64,000 bases of DNA, taken from assembly GCF_006345805.1 (NCBI RefSeq), contig NC_042997.1:31310001-31374000 (forward strand), given 5' to 3'. Numbering within the stretch: position 1 is the stretch's first letter; every line of letters begins with the position of its first letter. The DNA comes from Octopus sinensis (Eukaryota). Shown one piece after another: positions 54,800 to 64,000 of the stretch. Below the pieces are notes generated by a model. The model had not been told where the DNA came from and did no database searches. It saw nothing but the letters and a program-made list of their open reading frames with translations. The translations under genes were made by a program, and so were the position numbers.

Positions 54800-54995
54800 A
54801 TTTTATCATTTATGTGTTTCAATCATTAGGGTGCGGCCATGCTGGGGCACCGTCTTGAGGAATTTTAGTCGAACTAATCGGCACAAGTACTTATCTTATT
54901 TTTAAGCCTCTTTTGCCGAACCGCTATTTCACAGGGACGGAAACACACCAACAACGAACGTCAAGCGGTGCTGGGACCAAACACAGATGCAAAGA

Positions 54996-55029
<34 letters not shown>

Positions 55030-55200
55030 ACACACACACACACATATTATACGACAGGCTTCTTTCTGTTTCCGTCAACCAATTCACTCAGAAGGCTATA
55101 GTTGAAGACACCTGCTCTGAAGGCGCCACACAGTGAGACTAAGCCTAGAACCATGAGGTTGGAAAGTAAACTTCTTACCATACAACCACGCCTGCGCCTA
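54800..55200 (-). mobile_element. SINE family B, diverged
   Basis: Both halves recognisable. Confidence 0.75.
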
Positions 55201-55210
55201 TAATTAACGT

Positions 55211-55270
55211 TTCCATGCTAGGAATCGAACCCGGGCCGTCTGGGTTCGATTCTAACTACAAGACTTTAAC
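55211..55270 (-). pseudogene. tRNA-Glu-like remnant lacking the anticodon loop
   Basis: ACCCAGACGGCCCGGGTTCGATTCCTAGCATGGAA resembles the eukaryotic tRNA-Glu 3' half. Confidence 0.5.
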
Positions 55271-56219
55271 CAGTTATTTGGTTAAAAAATAATACTTTCA
55301 TTCAGACAGTCAATGAAATCAAGATGCGATATCAGCTCCCCGCTATACAAATGACCACGTAATCTGTTGATGAAAAGGTATGATCCCTTCAGAAATCCAG
55401 ACTGCAAAAGCGTCATGGTTTATATATGGAAGAAAGATACATTCGTGATTCTTTCGTAACCAGAGTCTCTTTTGTCCATATATAGACAGACAATTGAAAA
55501 AAAAGTCTAGCTTTGACTTCAATCACGCATTAGACTGGTAATTTGGAAATAGCCATGAAACATTTTCCAATTTGCGAACCAGGTAAAAGATCGTGCAGTA
55601 ACCTCTATCGAAGAGGGTAGAAAATAAATTTTGAATTCTGAAAGAAATCTGACCCTCGAAGCGCTTTTCTCATTCAGTTACACCTCATCAAGACGGTAGG
55701 TGTTTGCGCAGTGGATCATTATTAAGCCGGTTAACTCGCCTTGTTAATAACAGCATCAGCAAAAGACTGTTTAAAGTTTACTGATGAGAATCTATCAATA
55801 AATTCACCTTCTGAGAAACACATACCTGCTAGTCAAGGTAAATTAGTTAATCAAACGTCGATTTCCATAGTGCCCAACATTGCATTTCATTCTGATCAAA
55901 TATTTACCACTTTCATGGCAGGGATGTGAATTGCTTCAGTTTAAGCGCCTAAATTTTACCTAGGAAACTGTTTAACGTGTTTCCCGCGAATTATAGACAA
56001 TTTTATTGGCAAAAATGAGTTAAAAGAACGAACGCATATTTGCATATTTTCATGACATCACAGTATGAGTGGAAACCATAAAGGAACCTAAACATTTATC
56101 TAAGATCGTAGATCTGATATGAAACTGAATAACAATAAACGTTTTTGCATCCATCGCCCCTTTTGGTCACCCCATTATCACCCAACTTTTCTTCATCTCC
56201 CTCTGGATCCTTCCAAAAA

Positions 56220-56363
56220 AAAACTTGGCATCGTGGTGATATCAAGTACCTACCTACCTACTTAGCTCCCAATAACGCTCAAACTCTTCGTATTCTAAGC
56301 ATGAGCGTTATTGGGACCTAAGTAGGTAGGTAGGTACTTGATAACACCACGATGCCAAGTTTT
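56220..56363. repeat. Near-perfect hairpin: 62-bp arms, 2 mismatches, 20-nt loop
   Basis: 56220-56281 versus 56302-56363. Confidence 0.95.
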
Positions 56364-56818
56364 GTCCATTTTCAAGAGAAGTCACTACTAGTTGCTTTTG
56401 AAGTCTTCTTTGAACAATCAGATGTCAGGTTACCTTGAAAGAAACAATGTAGTTATTAATAAGAAGGGTTAAAATTAATGCATCACTCCTTCATAGTCAG
56501 CCTATGAAGTTTTCAACCCACTCTCATATTAGCCATTTTACACCCTGACCTCACCATTGCGCTTCTCTTAATGAAGGTAGTAAGTCAGGAAATTCTTTTC
56601 TTGGTCAGTGCATTTTACCGAAGATCTTTGCGCTATTCTTTACCTGAGGCTATGAAAAAGTGACAGCACTTTCTTTCACATCAAACGATTTACCCTAGTG
56701 ACTGATCACAGTTTCATAGCTTATATGTTAGATGTAAAGTACGTTTACAAATGAAAAATATCTCGCTGGCAATTAGAACTCATGCCGTTCTGTTACGACA
56801 TCTTACATTGTCCAAGAT

Positions 56819-57097
56819 CAGTGGTTCCCAAACCATTTTGGGCTGTCGCCCCCTTGGCACCTGGGACACATTGCTAGCGCCACCACTATAACTCACCACC
56901 ATAAATATAGATCACTTTCAACAGCAAATTCAAAACAAATGTATTTCACAAATAAAACTTAACTAATCCGTTATTTCATTGTTTTCGCACCCATCTCCTC
57001 CTTTTGGTCACCCCATTATCGCTCAACTTTTCTTCATCACCCCTGGATCTTTCTACTGCTCCTAGGGGAGAAGTACCTTCCACTTTGGGAATCACCA
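56819..57097. mobile_element. hAT (Charlie-like) MITE, diverged; partial copy at about 56140-56215
   Basis: CAGTGGTTCCCAAAC ... TTTGGGAATCAC; degenerate 8-bp flanks TCCAAGAT/CTCTAGAT. Confidence 0.6.
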
Positions 57098-57494
57098 CTC
57101 TAGATCCTTTAATACTACTGGAGATGCTTTATTCTCTGATTGCTGTGGTGCTACTACACTGAGTGAACTTTAACAAGTCCACAAATCTTACTGTTATCCT
57201 GACATTACAGGGTTGATATTTTGTTCGGGTACGAAACCTTACGAATTATGTGAATGACATTCAACATCTTTAGATGCCATCTATGTCAAAAGTAAAAACA
57301 AAATCATCCATAACAAACATCAGTTCATTTGGTCTATGCCTCCATTTGATTACATAATTTCTATGGGTTCAATACCTTCATCGTCAAGTACTGAATATCT
57401 ATTTACAGTTGCCGTTGGATATTTCGTTTTCTGCTTCTTTTCTCTTATCATATTTCATCACCAACTGACATATCCTGCTTGATTGCGTTATTTT

Positions 57495-57730
57495 CTATTT
57501 ATTTCTTTACTACCCACAAGGGCTACACACAGTGGGGACAAACAAGGAGAGACAAACGGATTAAGTCGATTATATCGACCCCAGTGCGTAACTGGTACTT
57601 AATTAATCGACCCCGAAAGGATGAAAGGCAAAGTTAACCTCGGCGGAATTTGAACTCAGAACGCAGCGGCAGACGAAATACCGTTCAGCATTTCGCCCGG
57701 CGTGCTAACATTTCTGCCAGCTCGCCGCCT
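57495..57730 (-). mobile_element. SINE family A, full length
   Basis: As 42305-42543. Confidence 0.9.
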
Positions 57731-58394
57731 TTCACGTTATTTTCTATTTCTGGTATGTCTGGGCATGTCTTCTCAGGTAGAAGAATCTCTTTCAAGTTTT
57801 CAGAAATGAAGTTTCTTTTGCCTGATAAATGTTTCCCGAATCCTTACCAGCTTGCCTGAAACCATCAGTGTGAGCATTATCTTGATATTGTTTGTGAAGA
57901 TGTGGTATTAACTCTAGAATCGAAAAGGCTAATGCCATGCAGAAAACAGTCCAACCCAATCCGTTACATACGACGCGATCCTTATTTGGCATATTCAAAT
58001 ACTCAACAACTCATGAATGACTTTTTGCGCTTTTATTCTTCGAAAAACAGATTCTGGAATGAACATACCAACTTAGTCGATTTCTCCTGGAAAGAATTTT
58101 TAAATAAAGTCACTCTGTAATAAAAACAATAGTCCTTTAGCTACTGGAATAAAATCTCGGAAACATCTATATTCATCTTTTCCGTGGTTAGAAGATAGTA
58201 AAATAATCTGAGATTCAACGCTGTCGACAAATTTTGATTCGAAACCTTTATGTCTCACATTTCTTTCACCTTTCTCCACACCTTCATTCATGCATTTATT
58301 CTCTCTTATTCAAACTTTCTTGTATTTTCTATATATCTCTCTATTTCTCTATCTCTATATCTCTATGACTCTATCTCCATATCTCTCTATCTGT

Positions 58395-58496
<102 letters not shown>

Positions 58497-58519
58497 GTCT
58501 GTCTGTCTGTCTATCTATC

Positions 58520-58957
58520 AGTCTAAGATGGGTGAATGTAGCAAGAATGGCACGTATGAATGACGAAGCCACCTTGAGCATAGTCCTATGAACCCAGAAA
58601 TCGAAAACAGAGAGTTGCTTATTTGCAAAAAAAAAAAAAAAAGAAATAAAATGTGACTTCATTGACCGAGGTTACCGTGGTCTTTTCCGTAGGCTTTTCT
58701 TTCCACGGGTAAACCTCACCTGTCCTCCCCTTTACACTTCATATTGACATTTCTGTGATAACGATCCCTATTGATCATTTTTTTTTCCTCTCCCCCTTTT
58801 TTTTTAACCCTCCCTTTTTTGTCCTCTTTCTCTCCTTTTACGATCCCTTTTGATCGAAACTCCCCCCTTCCCTTTTTTTTTTTACCCTTCAAAAGAAAAG
58901 CTCTACCTTGTAATTTGTTCTATCTGTGTGCAGCCCTGTGTGGCTAATAAAGAAACA
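58520..58957 (+). mobile_element. Tx1-clade LINE 3' end within (TCTA)n
   Basis: Probable ORF2 C-terminus RWVNVARMARMNDEATLSIVL*; 3' UTR shared with the 61011 copy; ends AATAAAGAAAC+(TATC)n. Confidence 0.8.
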
Positions 58958-59026
<69 letters not shown>

Positions 59027-59029
59027 CTA

Positions 59030-59076
<47 letters not shown>

Positions 59077-59639
59077 ATCTATCGTTCAAGCTCTCTCTTT
59101 TTCTGTTCTATCTATGTCTTTATTTCTATTCCCACCCGTTCTACTTTCTCCTAGTGTATCCAGAAATACTTTATACCCCCCACCAATCATCACTCTCCGC
59201 CATTTAATTCAACCGACCAATCGACCAACCAACCAACCAACCAACCAACCAACAAACCTACCAACCGACCAACCAACAAACCAACCAACCAACCAACCAA
59301 CACGTCAACCGACCGACCAACCAACCATCACAACCTACACAACCCTTACACGTCGTAGCTCACATCTATAAAACTGTTCAATAAATCACAAAAACAATAT
59401 GATTATTTCTTCAGCCACAAATTAGAAGTACAATATAGAGTTGAGCAGCAGATAGAGATACGGCATCTCATTGCAAATGATATTGCCTCTTTTCTCTAAC
59501 TTATCAGTCAGACGTCAGAAGCTATCACAGATTGTAACCTTTTTAATTAGATAAGTCTACAAGATCTTGTTACTTATATTTATAGGTTTGCCGAAATATA
59601 GTTTTAAAACTGTCACGCGTATAATATATAAATGTGCAT

Positions 59640-59690
59640 ATGTTATGTACATAAGTATGTATAGTGGTATGTGTGTGTATATATTATATA

Positions 59691-59726
<36 letters not shown>

Positions 59727-59767
59727 TATACGTACGCATGCATGTATGTATGTTTGTATGTATGTAC

Positions 59768-59807
<40 letters not shown>

Positions 59808-59855
59808 ATATATATATATATATGCATGATGTATATATACATATAAATATGCATA

Positions 59856-59891
<36 letters not shown>

Positions 59892-60520
59892 TGTATGTAT
59901 GTATGCATGTATGTATGTATGTATGTATGTATGTATATATATATATATATCACATGTTTGTGTGTGTATACATACATATATATATCCACATATGCTTGTG
60001 TATGTATTTAGTGTGTGTATATTTATTATATACATAATTATATATATTGTATAATATATATATATTACATTATATATATGATATATAAATATATTTATTA
60101 TATATTCATATATATATTATATAATATATATATATACATATACACACATATATATATAATATATATAATATATATTATATATATATTTATATATGATATA
60201 TATACATATATATATAATATATAATATATATATACATATATGTATATATAATACATATATGAATATATATATATAAGTACATATATATATAATATAGATA
60301 TATAATATATATAATATATATATATGATATTTATATATATATAATATATATATATTTATATAATATATATATGAATATATATGAATACGTGTATATAACT
60401 GTATGAATAAATCATATATGTGGTTGGATTTTTAGTATATATATATATATATATATATATCTATATTATATATAATATATATATATTATATATATATATA
60501 TATTCCCTATAGATATCTAT
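59640..60520. repeat. Degenerate (TA)n/(TATG)n tract
   Basis: Direct inspection. Confidence 0.95.
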
Positions 60521-60926
60521 ACATAGCTATACGTATATCAGTATATAGATGTAATTAACTATATCTAAATATGTATATATGGTTAGATACATAAATACAT
60601 ACACATATATATAATTTTTTCTTTTATATTGACTAAAATTTTTGTTTATTGTTCATGGTGATAAATGTGATTTATGTAAAGATATTTATGTGCATATGGA
60701 TTTCTACACACACACCCTTATACACACACGCATACATACATATATACATACATGCATCTATACATAAATACATACATACGTACATACATATATACATTTG
60801 TGATTTTAGTTGCAGTGTTGAATACAGGACCAGGCGTAGTGAGTAGAAGAACGAAATATTATCGATTCCTAGCATAAGATAATAATAAATATGCTAGAAA
60901 AATATATGTTAAAAAGACCTACGTAC

Positions 60927-60976
<50 letters not shown>

Positions 60977-60977
60977 A

Positions 60978-61010
<33 letters not shown>

Positions 61011-62147
61011 GTCGAGCCTTGTCCCGACCCTACCATTACCAAACTAGAACGCATTCTCTTCCGCTTCTTGTGGAAATGATGCGTCCCGATGGTCAGGCGA
61101 TCCATTTGCTGTCAACACCCGTTAAAAGGAGGACTGGGCATGCCGTGGTTGATGATGCGCAGACACGCGCTGAGACTGCGACATCTCAGGCTCTTCGTAG
61201 ACGACGGTGAACAGGTGTGGTCGCCGTTTGTGAGGCACGCTTTCCCGCAGCTCGTCTACATGACCGAACTGCAGTCGTGGATCAAAAAGAGGCCGAGGAA
61301 GGGCGAATGGCACCGCGAGTGTCGCGTTGCTCTCAAGCAACTCTGCCGTCCTGGGTCGACCTTAAGTGACTTCATCACAACCAAAGCATTCTATAGGGGA
61401 TTAGTGGAGGGGAGGTACGACGACGAGCTCGGGGCGAACCTGGACGTCGACGAGGAGTACCTGACCCGCCTATTCGGGACGACTTTCGGCCAGGGCCCAT
61501 GACAACTTCCAGAGATCCCTGGCCTGGCAGTGCTACCGAGAAGCGCTACCCGTTCGGGATAAGCTCTACAGACACGGCTCGAGAAACACGGGGCCGACCT
61601 GCCCGAGATGCGGTCAGAGCGACGAAACCGTTCTGCACGCACTCGTGCAGTGTCCAACAATTTCCGACCTGTGGGCTTCTGTCGAACAACTGCTGTCACG
61701 TGTAGGACGAGTGGTTTTATCAGCTGAGTCTATGTGGTAACACATAACAATATTGACCAAGGTTACCGTGGTCTTTTTCGTAGGCTTTTCTTCCCACGGA
61801 TAAACCTTACTTGCTTTCCCCCTTACACCATATATCATAACACTGTGATACACGATCCCTATTGATCGTTTTTTTCCCTCTTCCCCTTTTTCCCCTTTTT
61901 TCTTCTTTTTTCATTTCTCTTTTCTTTTGTTCCTTTTCCTTTTCTTTTTTTTATCTTTATTTTTTGTGTTTATTTTATTTTTTATTTTTTTGTTCTTTTC
62001 TTCCCTTTTACGATCCCTCTTGATCGAAAACCTACGCCACCCCTTTTTTTTGTTTCTTTTTTTTGTGTTTTTTTCATCCCCAAAAGAAAAGCTCTACCTT
62101 GTAACTGTCCCATCTGTGTGCAGCCCTGTGTGGCCAATAAAGAAACT
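61011..62147 (+). mobile_element. Tx1-clade LINE, 5'-truncated and internally deleted, within (TCTA)n
   Basis: PCPDPTITKLERILFRFLWK*..CQHPLKGGLGMP..; zf-RVT-type CPRCGQSDETVLHALVQC; in-frame TGA 61077-79; frameshift at about 61500. Confidence 0.92.
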
Positions 62148-62190
62148 TATCTATATCTATCTATCATCTATCTATCTATCTATCTATCTA

Positions 62191-62235
<45 letters not shown>

Positions 62236-62524
62236 GTCTGTCTGTTCTCTCTCTATATAAATATATGCATATATACATATATACATACATATGTACATAC
62301 CTACATCTATATGTATATATACATGCATATATGGGTACAGGACACCAAAAGACGTTGAACACAATGAAAAACGAAAACAAAAAACAAAAACATGGAAACG
62401 AACTTTTTTTTCAAACAACGAAAACACAGAGTACAAGACATACAACACAACGAATATTCCCCTTCTTCAGTTGTCCCTGTTTCGTCTAATCTTCGTTTCG
62501 AAGGTATATAATATATATATATAA

Positions 62525-62717
62525 AGTTAATCCAAACAAGAAAACAAAAACAAAAAAACAACAACGCGAGGACGTGGAACAAATAAAGTATTATTGGACG
62601 CTCAGGAAAGAAGGGAAGAAGGAGGGTTTGACGTTTCGAGGGGAGCTCTTCGTCGGAAACATAGGAGAAGGAAAGACAGGGGAAAAAATCGCTAGTGATA
62701 CAGACGAGGTCACATAC

Positions 62718-62720
<3 letters not shown>
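62525..62720 (-). mobile_element. Second copy of the 23.3-kb HHR element
   Basis: Shared sequence from TTTCCTTCTCCTATG to GTTTGGATTAACT; TA flanks. Confidence 0.75.
62626..62660 (-). ncRNA. Minimal type I hammerhead motif (U4C core, GUC site)
   Basis: gttt-CCGACGA-a-gag ctccc ctc-GAAA-cg-TC-aaac. Confidence 0.65.
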
Positions 62721-62754
<34 letters not shown>

Positions 62755-62842
62755 GTATGTATATTTGGAGGGCAAGCTACTATGTGGTCGGCCGTATGCT
62801 AGAAGTAGATCACCTACGATCAAACTATCTCCCTCATTATTT

Positions 62843-62878
<36 letters not shown>

Positions 62879-62925
62879 TGTTTGTCTATCTGTCTGTGGA
62901 TTTAGTACCCATCTATCTATCTATC

Positions 62926-63008
62926 TTTTTTTTCATCCCCCGAAAGAAAAGCTCTACCTTGTAACTTATCCCATCTGTGTGCAGCCCTGTGTGGCCAATA
63001 AAGAAACT
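62926..63008 (+). mobile_element. Extreme 3' tip of the Tx1 element within (TCTA)n
   Basis: AAAGAAAAGCTCTACCTTGTAA...GCAGCCCTGTGTGGCCAATAAAGAAACT. Confidence 0.85.
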
Positions 63009-63014
63009 TATCTC

Positions 63015-63087
<73 letters not shown>

Positions 63088-63282
63088 AAACACACATACA
63101 CCACCTCTACACACCACTTTCCTTGGATAATGGAACTGCAGCTATAACATCTTTTATATGTTTTTATTTTTATTTCTACATGCATTCTCCTATTTCCCTA
63201 TATCCTCCTTATTTCCTTCCTTTTCCAATATACCTCCTGATATTGAACTTTACTATTTCCTTTTATTTAACCATCTCACATC

Positions 63283-63330
63283 GTCTCTGATGAAGGGGTG
63301 TCACTAGTATCCCCGAAACATCTATAAGAC
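63283..63330 (+). ncRNA. Type I hammerhead motif with degenerate stem III
   Basis: gtct-CTGATGA-a-gggg...cccc-GAAA-catcta-TA-agac, at the end of a pyrimidine-rich segment. Confidence 0.55.
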
Positions 63331-63471
63331 TAACTTTCTCTTTATAAATGTCCTGAAAATTCCACGCAACCTTGGCTTTGTTGTTTCATTTTAATTAACA
63401 CACACACACAAACACACACACGTACATACATACATACATACATACATACATACATACATACATACATACAT

Positions 63472-63479
<8 letters not shown>

Positions 63480-63519
<40 letters not shown>

Positions 63520-63690
63520 ACTTATATATATATTTACGATAGGCTTCTTTCAGTTTCTGTATACCAAATCCACTCACAAGGCCGAGGCTACAGTAGAAGA
63601 AGACACCTGCGCAAGGTGCCACGCAGCGGGACTGATCCTAGAACTATGTGTTTGGAAAAAAGCTTCTTACCATATGTCACGCGTGCACCT
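63480..63690 (-). mobile_element. SINE family B 5' half, diverged
   Basis: GCTTCTTTCAGTTTC...GTGCCACGCAGCGGGACTGA. Confidence 0.7.
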
Positions 63691-64000
63691 GCATACATAC
63701 ATACATGCATGCATACATACATATTTACATACATACATAATACATACATGCATACATACATACATACATACGTACATACATACATACATACATACATGCA
63801 TGCATGCATGCATACATACATACATATATACATACATACATACATACATAATACATACATACATACATACATACATACATACATACATACATACATACAT
63901 ACATACATACATACAGTCATAACATACATACATACATATACACAAACACACAGGAAGTAAATAGACACCTTTAATTTTCAAAAATTCTGCTCTAAGTGTC

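Noticed and set aside
57780-58250. Unique-looking segment with 60-70 aa ORFs on both strands
   Set aside because: No recognisable domain or convincing splice sites.
62430-62510. Minus-strand GAAAC and CTGAAGA in type II hammerhead order
   Set aside because: The strands required for stem I do not pair.

Overview
AT-rich eukaryotic non-coding DNA, most likely an intronic or intergenic stretch of an octopus (cephalopod) genome. This assignment is inferred from the extreme microsatellite load and the tRNA-derived SINE families, not from a database search. I found no intact protein-coding gene, and almost every ORF in the track is a microsatellite or SINE translation. The window is a transposon graveyard: about 35 SINE copies (4 families); decayed Penelope-like (GIY-YIG), CR1-group and Tx1/L1 retroelements; mariner, Tc1, hAT and Tigger-like remnants or MITEs; and one Helitron-like element. 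The main unexplained structure is a set of type I hammerhead ribozyme (HHR) motifs from at least five unrelated sequence families, plus two half-motifs, mostly next to (TA)n tracts. The best case is a ~561-bp HHR-bearing unit arranged as a tandem-plus-inverted array at 49.9-51.6 kb (retrozyme-like or Penelope pseudo-LTR-like). A second is an HHR with a compensatory G3-C8 core directly downstream of a Penelope GIY-YIG frame. Also notable are a Tx1-clade LINE found only against (TCTA)n repeats, a poly(A)/TSD retro-insertion in a SINE core, a two-headed mariner derivative and several long hairpins. Frequent indels in homopolymers and dinucleotide tracts suggest long-read assembly noise, so individual frameshifts and inverted junctions need read-level confirmation. 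SINE and fragment boundaries are approximate.
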